Shown: positions 9,603 to 20,041, numbered from the stretch's first letter. The stretch: 64,000 nucleotides of DNA from an uncultured Candidatus Binatia bacterium (GCA_965218425.1 OZ244621.1:1472001-1536000); one strand, 5' to 3'. Made by a program: numbers and translations. Notes: generated by a model from the letters alone, not told the origin.

Positions 9603-9902
9603 ATGTACGCGAGAGTCGTTTGGGGCAAGATCAATCCAGGTATGTGGGATGAGTACGAGCGAGGTTATGATAAAACCGTTGTGCCAAAGAGCCAGCAAAT
9701 CAAAGGTTTCCGTGGGCGACGGCTGATGCGAGGGATGGAAGATCTCAACGAGGGTATTTCCATCACCCTGTGGGAAACCAAGGAGGACATGGAAAACTAC
9801 GCGAAAAGCCCCGAGCGGCAGCAAAGGGCGAAAGAAGCCGAAAAACTATATGCCGGCGACTACTGGGTAAAGCATTTTGAAATAAAAGTGTCCACCATTT
9901 GA
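9603..9902 (+). CDS. ABM (antibiotic biosynthesis monooxygenase-like) dimeric alpha/beta-barrel protein
   Basis: MYARV...KGFRGRRL...ISITLWETKED; GGAGG RBS. Confidence 0.75.
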   Translation: MYARVVWGKINPGMWDEYERGYDKTVVPKSQQIKGFRGRRLMRGMEDLNEGISITLWETKEDMENYAKSPERQQRAKEAEKLYAGDYWVKHFEIKVSTI

Positions 9903-10028
9903 ATTGAGGTCGCCCGGCGCTTCTTTCCTGTCTGCCGACGGTGGGACAGTTCTGTTGGTCAGGAAGGCTCCGGATGAGGTCGTCCAACTAAATGAGGGCG
10001 TCAGGGACACCACTCAATTGGTGGTGAG

Positions 10029-10577
10029 ATGAAACCTATGAGCGAGCAGAGGAAAGGATTTACCGTTTGGATCGTGGGCCTTGGCAGCGCCGGCAAAAGC
10101 ACCTTGGCTCAGCTGCTGGAGAAAAGACTGCGGGAAGACGGATTCCCAGCTATCCTCCTGGAGCCAAGCAGCAGGGATGAGCTCAAATCGAGGCTCATGC
10201 CGGATCTAGGCTTTGACAGAGACGGCAAGATGGAGATCACTCGTCGGCTCGGCTACATCGCCCGGTTAATTACACAGTGTGGGGGAGTCGCCATTGTTCC
10301 CTGGATTGCCCCTGAGCGGTGGGCGCTCGACGAGGTGCGCAAAGAGATCGGCCGTTTTATCGAAGTCTATATAGAGTGTCCCTTAGAAGTCTGCAAGGAG
10401 CGGGACCACAGAGGCATTTATGTCAGGGCTGTGACGGAGGGCCATCCAGTTCCAGGTGTCACTGAACTTTGGGAGCCGCCAGTAAGCCCCGAGGTCACAG
10501 TCGACTCCACGAAGCAGACTCCCGAGCAAGAGCTTGCCGTCATCATGGAACGTCTCAAAGGCCTGAGCTATCTATAA
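10029..10577 (+). CDS. Adenylylsulfate kinase (CysC)-like P-loop kinase, divergent
   Basis: VWIVGLGSAGKST, DLGF, FIEVYIECPLEVCKERD, EPP. Confidence 0.75.
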   Translation: MKPMSEQRKGFTVWIVGLGSAGKSTLAQLLEKRLREDGFPAILLEPSSRDELKSRLMPDLGFDRDGKMEITRRLGYIARLITQCGGVAIVPWIAPERWALDEVRKEIGRFIEVYIECPLEVCKERDHRGIYVRAVTEGHPVPGVTELWEPPVSPEVTVDSTKQTPEQELAVIMERLKGLSYL

Positions 10578-10722
10578 AGCTAACCGCTGCAACTGATCTT
10601 TAGCACTGCAACCCCTTTAACCAGTCAGCGGGCATGATCCGTCCAATAACCCGCTTCTTCCCACGGTTATAAACGCAGCGCAACTGTAGCAGCATGCTGC
10701 TCCCCCAATCGTTATTGAAACA

Positions 10723-11233
10723 ATGGAAATGATCCGCCCATGCCTAAAAAACGACTTTGCGACCATCTATGAGATCATTAATGATGCCGCCCGTGCCTAC
10801 GAGGGAGTGATTCCCGTGGATTGTTGGAAGGATCCTTCTATGTCGAAAGGCGAACTTCAACGGGAGATCAACGAAACCGTTCGATGCTGGGGGGATGAAA
10901 AAGAGGGCGCACCGGTCGGGGTCATGGGGATACAGCATGTTCAGAACGCAACTTCGATTCGCCATGCTTACGTTCTCACGGTCAGACGGAATCAAGGCAT
11001 CGGCGGGAAGCTATTGAATTATCTTCTGACCCAGACAGAGCGGCCAATCCTAGTGGGCATCTGGGCGGACGCCACCCGGGGCCATCCACTTTTATGAAAA
11101 GTACGGTTTTCATCAGGTTGCCGCAGAGGAAAAAGACCGGCTGCTGAAAAGATACTGGTCAGTCCCTGAGCGACAGATCCGTTCCTCGGTGGTTCTGGTG
11201 GATAGGAAGTCTGAAGTCCAGCCTAGGCTCTAA
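10723..11233 (+). pseudogene. GNAT acetyltransferase, frameshifted
   Basis: IRHAYV...RNQGIGGKLL; extra base near 11080, after which the other frame reads AIHFYEKYGF...LLKRYWSVPERQ to TAA 11233. Confidence 0.8.
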
Positions 11234-12953
11234 TGTTGAGCTGCCCTCCCAGAAACCGCACGATCAAGGACAAGACCACAACCAAGAGCACGGTTATAGC
11301 TGCCACCACTGTTGCCCTCTCGAGTTCAGCCCCAGCAGCGAAGTCCAGCATGAGAAGGGAAAGGGTCCTGGTTTCGCCTGTCGCCAACAGGATGACAGTG
11401 CTAATGTTCCTTGCCGCCCTGATGAAATCCAACAGACCCACAACCGCGAGAGCAGGCAAGAGCAGCGGCAGCAGAATCCGACGGTATGTAGAGAACCATG
11501 AGGCCCCGGACACTCTCGATGCCTCCTCCAGTTCATCACTGAGTTGCAAAAGGAAACTCTTAATGACCTGGACACTTAAGGGCAACCCGGCGATGGTCAT
11601 GGCAATGGCCAGGGCCAACGTGGTCCCGTAGATTGGCACAAATCTATGAACCAAAAGCAGGCTCCACAGCAGTGCCATACCCAACAAGATGCCTGGGATG
11701 GACCAAGGAAGCCAGGTAAGGAAATCCAGCACACCCCGAGCCTTAAATCGAGTCTTCACGATGACGTAAGCTACCAGAGAGCTTAGGGACACGTTCAGAC
11801 CGGCGGTCATCAATCCCAACATCAGCGTATTCTTTATGGAGCGCAACATAATGGGATCCGCCAGTACATATCTCCAGTTCTCCAGGGTCCAAGGATCTTT
11901 GATGTTGAAAAAGCCGAACAGCTTCATAAAGGTACCCAGCACGAGGAAGAAGGTGGGGACCACTGTAATGGTAAGGACAATAATCAGCACCACGATAAAC
12001 GCCGGCATTCTCCACCGTTCCAATGCCGTGGGTCTCGCACTAAAGCTTCTGCCCGTAACGGTAGTAAACGTCTTGCGCCGCACATAGAGCTGCTGCAACG
12101 CCACCATCACGAGCAAAAACGCCAAGAAGAAAGTTGCCAATGCGGTGGCCGGGGGAAATTGAGGCGGCTCGTGTGTCACGAACGCGTGAATCGTTGTAGA
12201 GAACACCTGCAGCCCAATGGGCACGCCTAAGATCAGCTCGATTTCAAAGGCTTCCAGGGACCGAATAAACCCTAGAATCGTCGCCACCAAAATGGCGGGC
12301 ATCATGACGGGTATGATGATCCGTAATAGCGTTTGAATGGTTCCTGCGCCCAACACCCGGGAGCTCTCTTCCAAGGAAGCATCCAGATTGCGAAAGGCAG
12401 GCGTCAACAGCATGACCTTCACCCCAATGGTTGTGGCCGTGAGATGAACCCAGACGATCCCCCAATAGGAGTAAATGTCAAAGGGAGGATTACTGATAAA
12501 AGGGAGCATCATGAGCCATTCATTGAGCAACCCGTATTTGGGATCCAGGAGTAGAATCCACCCCAAAGTGACCGGCAGGGCCGGAAGAAAAAAGGAAAGC
12601 CAGAAACCAAACTCTAACCAACCCCGTTTGGGAATGTCGGTGCGTGCCAAAAGCCACGCTAAAAAAATTCCCAGAACGGAGGCAATGGTCTGACGCGCTA
12701 TGGACAATGAAAAGGTGTTGTATACGGCCTCCCTTATACCTGGACTTGCGAAAGCCTCCCGCCAGCCATCCAGCCCGTAGACTACCCCCTCGCCTGGTCT
12801 CCCAACTTGGAAACTGTTGAAGAACAACAAAAAGAGAGGAGTGAGAACTAAGATAGCGACAAAGACCATGAACAAAGTTAATAATAAGGTCTGGCCATCC
12901 AAATGAGACCGCGAGGAATGAGCTTGAAGTTCTGAGGCCTCTTCCGCGTTCAT
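11223..12953 (-). CDS. Fe3+/FbpB-type ABC permease (two fused TM domains)
   Basis: Two EAA loops (LEESSRVLGA, LEEASRVSGA); many TM helices. Confidence 0.88.
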   Translation of the reverse strand: MNAEEASELQAHSSRSHLDGQTLLLTLFMVFVAILVLTPLFLLFFNSFQVGRPGEGVVYGLDGWREAFASPGIREAVYNTFSLSIARQTIASVLGIFLAWLLARTDIPKRGWLEFGFWLSFFLPALPVTLGWILLLDPKYGLLNEWLMMLPFISNPPFDIYSYWGIVWVHLTATTIGVKVMLLTPAFRNLDASLEESSRVLGAGTIQTLLRIIIPVMMPAILVATILGFIRSLEAFEIELILGVPIGLQVFSTTIHAFVTHEPPQFPPATALATFFLAFLLVMVALQQLYVRRKTFTTVTGRSFSARPTALERWRMPAFIVVLIIVLTITVVPTFFLVLGTFMKLFGFFNIKDPWTLENWRYVLADPIMLRSIKNTLMLGLMTAGLNVSLSSLVAYVIVKTRFKARGVLDFLTWLPWSIPGILLGMALLWSLLLVHRFVPIYGTTLALAIAMTIAGLPLSVQVIKSFLLQLSDELEEASRVSGASWFSTYRRILLPLLLPALAVVGLLDFIRAARNISTVILLATGETRTLSLLMLDFAAGAELERATVVAAITVLLVVVLSLIVRFLGGQLNIRA

Positions 12954-13143
12954 GGGTTTGTCGAGAGAAGGTTGATCGGATTCTCCCCAACGGGAATTGC
13001 TTAGCCTATACCAGAGAACGGATCCCTACAGCCACTCTAAGGCCTAGGATCATTTTGAGGATTGGAATAACACATCGAGTCATTGTGCAGGTGCAAAGTC
13101 TTCGTCTTTACCCCTGCACTTGACCTGGCTTGCCAGAAGCAAT

Positions 13144-14271
13144 CTATTTTACAATTTTGCGAGCAAATTTTGCCGCCGGATACCTAACGCTTTTAACCTT
13201 ATCTTCCAGGTGATTCCGTGCCTTATTATACTCATCGACAGTCAGGCTGTCCTTGGCGGCTCTTTTCCCTACCTTCGACAACCACCTGGTATCCACGTCA
13301 AAACGGCGGGTGGCCTGGCGCATGGCCTTGGTGAAGAGATCCTGGCCCTCTTTACTCAAAAGCCAATTAACAAAAATGATCGCAGCGTTGGGGTGAGGTG
13401 AGTCCTTAATGATGCCGATAACACCATGCCCGTTACTCGAGGGCAGGCCTTCTTTCGGTGTAGGGATTTGTTTCACGGGAAGACCCGCATCAATGTAGCG
13501 TTTATAATCTACGTAGCTGGCACCAAGGGTCAAAGCGAGCTTGCCCTTTGCCAGGGTATCTGCCAACTGACGTATATTCCGGGTGATAAATAGGTCTTGT
13601 TTGACTATCCGCCTAAGATACTCTTGTCCTTTGACATCCCACATCCAGGACCAGATGGACCGGCCTGCACCACCGATGCGCGGATCGCTCCAGCCAATCT
13701 TTCCTTTCCATTTAGGGTTGAGATAATCGTCAAAGGAACGAATCTCTCCTTCCTTGACCAAGGCGGTATTGCGAAAAAGACCACCGGTCTGCGCGTCGGC
13801 GATAAAGGAATAGAGATATCTGTTGGTTTTCACATTATCGTTCCAGACATGGCCCGCAAACCATTTTTGGGGGTTTTTCACCTCAGGAAGGATCAATCGG
13901 GAGGGGAGAGGTTCCAAGAAACCCTCATTGAATACGGCTAAAATAGAGCTTGATCCGCCATTGATGACATCAAAGTTGTTCACACCGGCCTTGATTTCCG
14001 TAACGATCCTTTTGGTGAGCTTTGAGCCCCTGCCCACGATGAGTTCCAACTCGATGCCGTAGCGCTCTTTGAAGATCTTGGACCAGGTCTTTCGCAAATC
14101 GGCATTCGGTACGGCAGTACCAATGACAACCTTCCCCTCCTTCCTGGCCGCCGCCAGGGTCGTGTCCCAATCAGCAGCAAAACTACCCGCCGGCAAGGTG
14201 AAAAAAATCACCGCCATAACGGCAGCGAGAAAAAGCCCACCCGATTTCTTGCCTGTAGTTTCATTCAACAT
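13144..14271 (-). CDS. ABC substrate-binding protein (Fe3+/thiamine-like cluster)
   Basis: Signal peptide, AARKEGKVVI, PKWKGKI, PHPNAA..FVNWLLSKEGQ. Confidence 0.85.
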   Translation of the reverse strand: MLNETTGKKSGGLFLAAVMAVIFFTLPAGSFAADWDTTLAAARKEGKVVIGTAVPNADLRKTWSKIFKERYGIELELIVGRGSKLTKRIVTEIKAGVNNFDVINGGSSSILAVFNEGFLEPLPSRLILPEVKNPQKWFAGHVWNDNVKTNRYLYSFIADAQTGGLFRNTALVKEGEIRSFDDYLNPKWKGKIGWSDPRIGGAGRSIWSWMWDVKGQEYLRRIVKQDLFITRNIRQLADTLAKGKLALTLGASYVDYKRYIDAGLPVKQIPTPKEGLPSSNGHGVIGIIKDSPHPNAAIIFVNWLLSKEGQDLFTKAMRQATRRFDVDTRWLSKVGKRAAKDSLTVDEYNKARNHLEDKVKSVRYPAAKFARKIVK

Positions 14272-14318
14272 AGCTAATTCCCCCTTTAATAAATTTTGCC
14301 CGGAGGCCGCCAACAGCA

Positions 14319-15410
14319 TTAAGCATTAGGCAATACAACCGCCACCATGGCCTCCAATGTCTCATGGGATTTAAAGGCGTTGTTCACGTCGTTCAAGGGA
14401 AATCGGTGAGTAATGAGTTTTTCCACCGGGTATTTGACCACCCGATCCATCATTTGCACCGTCCGAATAATATGGTGTGGCTTGGAGGAGATAACCCCGT
14501 TCAGGCGGAGTACTTTTCTTGTAATCAGGAAGGGTGTTACGGGGGGTGGTTGGGGTCCGTGATCCCTCAGCTGACCCACCACCAGAAACTTTCCAGCGAC
14601 TCGAACCATCTCGAGACCTTCTTGGAAAGCGGTATTTGCACCTGAGCATTCAATCACTACGTCGGGGCCGCGCCCATCGGTGAGCTCCTGCACCTTGGCC
14701 ACCCTCTGTTTCGGTTCGCGATACTCTTCAATATCGATGGTTTCATCGGCCCCCATCTCCCTCGCAAGATCGAGCCGTGAGGCCGGAGCACCGATGACGA
14801 TGACTTTATTGGCGCCTGCAACCCTGGCCTGGGTCAGCGCACCCATGCCGATGGGACCGGAGCCTTGCACCACAACCGTGTCCGACAGGCTGATGCCCCC
14901 TATTCTTTCAATACCGTTGAGCACGGTATGATTTCCTATGACGCTCATGAGGGCCCTGTCGTTAGACATGGTGTCGGGAATTCGAAGCAGCCAAGGTGTC
15001 GGGTCGAGGTAGAGATACTGGCCGAAACCTCCCCTCAGATGTGGTGGATTGTCGGATGGGATAAAACCGTAGTTCTTAACCACCTGGCAATTCTCGCCAA
15101 TGGAACAATTGAAACACCTTCCGCAGGGGGTGGACCGGAAAATGACTCGATCCCCCTCTTTTAAAGGATGACCGAGGACGTCTCGATCCACCCCCTTTCC
15201 CAAACGGTCGATCATTCCAATATTTTCATGGCCAAAGATCATCGGATGGGGCCAAGATGGGTTGTGACGGTTATGAACATCTGTGGCACACACCGCCGCC
15301 ATATCCATCTTCACCAGCACGCCGCCGAGCTCCACATCAGGCACCGGGAACTCCTGGACCTCCAGGGGCTCACCTGCTTTTACAAAAACCGCCGCTTTGC
15401 ATGTTGCCAT
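14319..15410 (-). CDS. Zinc-binding MDR alcohol dehydrogenase
   Basis: CATDVH, GHE, CGRCFNC...C, GSGPIG. Confidence 0.9.
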   Translation of the reverse strand: MATCKAAVFVKAGEPLEVQEFPVPDVELGGVLVKMDMAAVCATDVHNRHNPSWPHPMIFGHENIGMIDRLGKGVDRDVLGHPLKEGDRVIFRSTPCGRCFNCSIGENCQVVKNYGFIPSDNPPHLRGGFGQYLYLDPTPWLLRIPDTMSNDRALMSVIGNHTVLNGIERIGGISLSDTVVVQGSGPIGMGALTQARVAGANKVIVIGAPASRLDLAREMGADETIDIEEYREPKQRVAKVQELTDGRGPDVVIECSGANTAFQEGLEMVRVAGKFLVVGQLRDHGPQPPPVTPFLITRKVLRLNGVISSKPHHIIRTVQMMDRVVKYPVEKLITHRFPLNDVNNAFKSHETLEAMVAVVLPNA

Positions 15411-15412
15411 AA

Positions 15413-16489
15413 TCAATCCTCCACTGAATAACCGTAAAACCGCCTCGCGTTTTGCCTCAGGATACCCTGTTTGGCCTCATCGGTGAGGCCATCGCATTCC
15501 TCGATCTCCGCCGCCTCCCGGCGACAGTCTTCGGGGCCGATCTCGTGGGGGTAGTCGGAAGCAAAGACGAATGCTTGACCGCCCACTCTTTCCACCTGGT
15601 AGGAAAGGCCGGTCTCGTTTCCCTCACAACCGATGAAGATCCTACCGCTCTTGAGGTAATCGCTGGGATTGCGCTCCGCGGTGGGAAAGCCATAGGTCCC
15701 CCTGGGATCCAATTCAAAATGGTATTGATTGGACCGATCCATCCTGTCGATCCAGAAGGTGGCCCAGCTCGCCCCTCCTTCCAGGAATCCAAGCCTGAGT
15801 TGCGGATACTTATCCAGCACGCCGTTAAAGACAAAACCGGAAAGCGCAATCATGAGAGAAACCGGATGCCCCAGTCCGGCTATGGGCGCATAGACGGTAA
15901 AAGAGTCGAAGCCCATTCCGCTGTGACTACCCCCGTGAACCGCCAGAGCACAGTCCAGCCGCTCCGCCTCCTCGTATACGGGCCAATACTCCTGTGCGCC
16001 TAAGTGTTTCGCCAGACCCCGAGATGGAAGCATGGCGCCAAGCATACCCAGCTCGGTAACGGCTCTGCGGAGCTCTTCCACCGCCGCCGGCACGTCCTGC
16101 ATGGGAAGGAGGGCCATGCCCTTAAGCCGAGGACTTCTTTTCTGATAGTTTTCATGCAGCCAGTTGTTATAGGCCCGGGCCACCGCTATAGCCCAACCCG
16201 GCGAGGAGATCAGACCCATGGCCAACCCGGCTGTCGGATAAAGCACGCTGTACTCGATCTCGGCTTCGTCCAGGAAGTTTACCCATTCATTTGGACCTAC
16301 GGGTTTTCCCCCGCCAAAGGCACCCGGACTCCTGAAGCCAAGACCGTAATGATGACCGTCCAGGGTAGGCCATAACCGCGCCAAACCTCCCCTGAAGTTA
16401 CCCCGGCTGCGATAGGGCTCCTCAATGAAGTCTGCAATGGTGGGATCTTCAAAAACATGACCATCGGCGTCGATGACTCGTTTTTTCAA
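15413..16489 (-). CDS. Amidohydrolase_2 family protein
   Basis: IDADGHVFE, AVHGG, LEGG, FASDYPH. Confidence 0.9.
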   Translation of the reverse strand: MKKRVIDADGHVFEDPTIADFIEEPYRSRGNFRGGLARLWPTLDGHHYGLGFRSPGAFGGGKPVGPNEWVNFLDEAEIEYSVLYPTAGLAMGLISSPGWAIAVARAYNNWLHENYQKRSPRLKGMALLPMQDVPAAVEELRRAVTELGMLGAMLPSRGLAKHLGAQEYWPVYEEAERLDCALAVHGGSHSGMGFDSFTVYAPIAGLGHPVSLMIALSGFVFNGVLDKYPQLRLGFLEGGASWATFWIDRMDRSNQYHFELDPRGTYGFPTAERNPSDYLKSGRIFIGCEGNETGLSYQVERVGGQAFVFASDYPHEIGPEDCRREAAEIEECDGLTDEAKQGILRQNARRFYGYSVED

Positions 16490-16529
16490 TGGTATTCCCC
16501 CCTACTTTTCCAGCGTGAACGCAGGGAGG

Positions 16530-16558
16530 ATCTTAGGTTTTGCCGTTCCTGGTGTCAA
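16530..16558 (-). promoter_or_regulatory. sigma-70 promoter of the amidohydrolase-ADH-ABC operon
   Basis: TTGACA-N17-TAAGAT on the minus strand. Confidence 0.65.
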
Positions 16559-16648
16559 GGGTTTCCAGCGGTCATAATGTTGCAATGGCAATCGGGATTA
16601 CATATCCTGAAAAATTACAAGCTCGAAGTTTAATGACGGAGTACCATC

Positions 16649-18541
16649 ATGCTGGATTTTTTACGCAAGAGAAAGCGGTCCTGGACGATTTTACTAATCG
16701 TCGGGGTGATCTCCTTTGTTTTTGTCCTGTATTTTGGGTCCAGCGGCTTAGTGGAGGATCCAACCCTTGGACCAGTGGCAAAGGTTAACGGCGAAGCCAT
16801 CGGTTCCATGGAGTTGAATACCTTGGTCGCGAGAGCGCTCCGGTCCAATCGCGGCAGGCAACGACTTGACGAGCTAAACCTCCGGCTTGCACTCTTGCAG
16901 GACTTGATTCAAACCCGTCTCCTCCTCCAGGAGGCTCGCAGCCTTGGACTTGAGGTGACCGATGAGGAGCTCACGAGGGTAATTGCCCAGAATCCAACGT
17001 TCCAAACCAACGGCCAATTTGATAAGCCCCTTTACCTGCGTATCCTCAGCGCAAACAGCGTAACCCCCGGACAATTTGAAAAGGAGCGAAAGGATGATCT
17101 CCTCATTAATAAACTCCTTGACATCACTCGGGACTCGATCCACGTGAGCGAGGCTGAAGTGAGACAGCAGTACCAGCTAGAAAGGGAAAAAATCAATCTT
17201 AACTTCATCCGTTTGGCGAGAAAAGATTTCGTACAAAAGGCTGCGGTCTCAGCGCAAGAGCTAAAGAGTTACTACGACCAAAACCAGGAAGAGCTAAAGG
17301 AACCCCTAAAAGTTAGCGTCGAATACATTGCCTACCCCCACGCCCGTTTCTCCTCCAAAATCGAGGTGAGTGAAAAGGATATTGAAGAGTATTACAACCT
17401 GAACCGAGATAAGAAATTCCTTCAACCCTACGCTGTCAGGTTGCGCCACATCTTTTTCCTAATGCCTCCCGCAATGGATGCAAAAGAAAAAGAGGCCGTC
17501 CGGGCCAAGGCGCAACAAGTTCTGGGTCAGGCCCGGGCCGGAAAGGACTTCGCCGAACTGGCCAAGGAACACTCTGAGGACTCCACCGCCTCACGCGGCG
17601 GCGATGTGGGGTTTTTATCGCGGGGGAGCCTTCTTCCTGCACTGGAGGAAGCCGTCTTTGCCTTGAAGAAGGGAGAGATTACTACCGTTGTGGAAAGCCC
17701 CACCGGACTCCATATACTCAAAGCAGAGGAAATCAGGGAAGAAAAAACCAAGACCCTGAACGAAGCAAAAAATGAGATCATACGCTCCATCAAAGAGGAG
17801 CGAGGGAAGGAGCAGGCGCTCCGAGCGGCGGAGACAGACCGAGCAAAGGCCCTGGAAGGAAAAAGCCTATCGGCTATTGCACGGGAAAGGGGGCTATCCG
17901 CAAAGGTCACACCCTTGTTCCGGGAGGAAGAGGGTTTAAAAGACGTTGGGCCCGTGGATACGTTCTATACGACATCCTTTGCTCTCACCCCCCAGGAGAT
18001 AAGTCCTGCGGTGGAGGGACGGAAAGCCGACTATTTGATCAAGCTGCGGGATAGGAAAGAGCGACATTTACCGACCCTGGAGGCCATTCGAGGAGATGTC
18101 ACCAGAATGGTTAAGGAAAAGAAAGCCATGGGAATGGCCGCTGAAAAGGCGGCGGCCCTCCTTGCAGAGCTCAAAGAAAAAAAAGATATTCAACAACTCG
18201 CAAAGCAGCACGACCTTCCCGTGGAAGAGACGGGTTTGTTTTTCCGCGCCACTACGCGGTTCCCGAAAATCGGTGTCTTGGATGGAATCCCAGCAGGCGG
18301 GTTACCCCTTTCGCCTCAAGTACCCTTTGCTAACGAAGTATACGGAGGGAAAGATTCGGTTTACATCCTTGCCTTCAAGGACAAGCAACCGGCGGACATG
18401 AAAAATTTCGATAAGCAAAAGGACTCCCTTCTGGGGGCCGCCTTGAGAACAAGACAGGAGACTGCAGTGATTCAATTCGTGGAAGGACTCAAGTCCCGGG
18501 CCCGCATAGAGGTGGAAACCCAATCCCTCTCATCCGGTTGA
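16649..18541 (+). CDS. ppiD: PpiD-like membrane-anchored chaperone / parvulin PPIase
   Basis: N-terminal TM anchor, SurA-N region, RHIF...DFAELAKEHSED...GGDVG; 630 aa. Confidence 0.85.
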   Translation: MLDFLRKRKRSWTILLIVGVISFVFVLYFGSSGLVEDPTLGPVAKVNGEAIGSMELNTLVARALRSNRGRQRLDELNLRLALLQDLIQTRLLLQEARSLGLEVTDEELTRVIAQNPTFQTNGQFDKPLYLRILSANSVTPGQFEKERKDDLLINKLLDITRDSIHVSEAEVRQQYQLEREKINLNFIRLARKDFVQKAAVSAQELKSYYDQNQEELKEPLKVSVEYIAYPHARFSSKIEVSEKDIEEYYNLNRDKKFLQPYAVRLRHIFFLMPPAMDAKEKEAVRAKAQQVLGQARAGKDFAELAKEHSEDSTASRGGDVGFLSRGSLLPALEEAVFALKKGEITTVVESPTGLHILKAEEIREEKTKTLNEAKNEIIRSIKEERGKEQALRAAETDRAKALEGKSLSAIARERGLSAKVTPLFREEEGLKDVGPVDTFYTTSFALTPQEISPAVEGRKADYLIKLRDRKERHLPTLEAIRGDVTRMVKEKKAMGMAAEKAAALLAELKEKKDIQQLAKQHDLPVEETGLFFRATTRFPKIGVLDGIPAGGLPLSPQVPFANEVYGGKDSVYILAFKDKQPADMKNFDKQKDSLLGAALRTRQETAVIQFVEGLKSRARIEVETQSLSSG

Positions 18542-18579
18542 TCAGACCGCACTTTCAACGCAACTCCCGGGACAGTTAG

Positions 18580-19197
18580 ATGGAAATTTTTCTACTACGG
18601 CATGGAGAGACCCTTTGGAATTTTGAGAAGCGGTGCCAAGGCCTAACAGACCTGGAATTGAACGAGACTGGGCTCGAGCAGGCAAGGGATGTGGCTCAGC
18701 ACCTCAAAAAAGAGAAAATTCATGCTGTATTTTCAAGCAATTTAAGAAGGGCCCTGCAAACGGCCAACGCCATCAGTGAAATGCATGACTTGGAAGTTAT
18801 CACTGACAGAGATTTCCGTGAATTGGACCATGGAGAATTTGAGGGACTCACCTTCACGGAGATCCAGGCTACCTACGCCGATTTTATTCGGGCCTGGCGA
18901 GAAAAACCGGCCAACCTCGCCATTCCCGGCGGAGAGAGCATCGCCGATGTGGATAAGCGGGCATGGAGAGCAATTGAGAAGATAAAACGTCACTACCCCC
19001 ACAAAACGGTAGTGATTGTGAGCCATCAATTCCCCATGGTGTCTATCCTATGCCGTATTACAGGAACTCCCCTCAATAGATACCGCTCATTCCACGTGGA
19101 TCCCTGCGGCCTAATCCGAATCAGCTACAGCGAAAAACAAGGCTGGAAGCTTGCCCAGGCCAATGACCGCAGTTTCGCGAATCCTTCCATCGGGTAA
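18580..19197 (+). CDS. Histidine phosphatase family protein
   Basis: LLRHGETLWN, RALQTA, PGGES, VSH. Confidence 0.9.
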   Translation: MEIFLLRHGETLWNFEKRCQGLTDLELNETGLEQARDVAQHLKKEKIHAVFSSNLRRALQTANAISEMHDLEVITDRDFRELDHGEFEGLTFTEIQATYADFIRAWREKPANLAIPGGESIADVDKRAWRAIEKIKRHYPHKTVVIVSHQFPMVSILCRITGTPLNRYRSFHVDPCGLIRISYSEKQGWKLAQANDRSFANPSIG

Positions 19198-19651
19198 AAA
19201 TCGCTCAATCCGGGGAACATTTTTGTACATGAATGCACACATCGGCATTCTTTTGCCCTTTAAAGAACACAAGGGCACTGATTTCCCTACAATCTCGGCA
19301 TATCGGTCTTTGGTATGATGTTCGCTAGAACCATTCTCCTACAACTCCTTTCAATAGCGCCTGGAACTCCCTTACCGTTGTATCAATAATGGGTAAATGG
19401 TTGGAATTATTTAGTTTATGAGGTTCATAAATTGAGCAATTGGCTCCGGTAAGCCATTTTTAGCCTCCTGATAATACGGAATCCGAAGTTATCAACAGCT
19501 TTTACACATGAGGAGTGAATTTCTCTGTCTTAACCACCGTGGGGGACAATAATTTGATCGTAGGGTCGGCTCATGGTCATAGAGTAAACCCTTGCTCGAC
19601 ACACAGCCTCGTTATAAGCTCTGTGCACTTCAACCTATAAGGAGGCCGACC

Positions 19652-20041
19652 ATGATTCGCCATACAATGATTCGTGTCAATGACTTGGATGAATCCATCA
19701 AATTCTATTGTGACCTACTGAAAATGAAACTGTTCAGGAAAAAAGAGTATCCCACAGGACGGTTCACCCTGGCCTTTGTTGGTTACGGCTCCGAGGCGGA
19801 ACACACTGCCCTGGAGCTGACATACAACTGGGATACCCACGAATACGATCTGGGAAACGGGTTTGGACATATCGCCATCGGCGTGGACGACATTTACAAG
19901 ACCTGCGACGAGCTGCGAAGCAAGGGAGCGAAGGTCGTGCGCGAGCCGGGTCCCATGAAACACGGGCAAACCAATATCGCCTTTATCGAAGACCCAAACG
20001 GCTACAAAATCGAGCTAGTTCATAATGGCCCCAGGACCTAA
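19652..20041 (+). CDS. gloA: Lactoylglutathione lyase (glyoxalase I)
   Basis: HTMIRV, LELTYNW, GFGHIAI, FIEDPNGYKIEL; AAGGAGG RBS. Confidence 0.95.
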   Translation: MIRHTMIRVNDLDESIKFYCDLLKMKLFRKKEYPTGRFTLAFVGYGSEAEHTALELTYNWDTHEYDLGNGFGHIAIGVDDIYKTCDELRSKGAKVVREPGPMKHGQTNIAFIEDPNGYKIELVHNGPRT

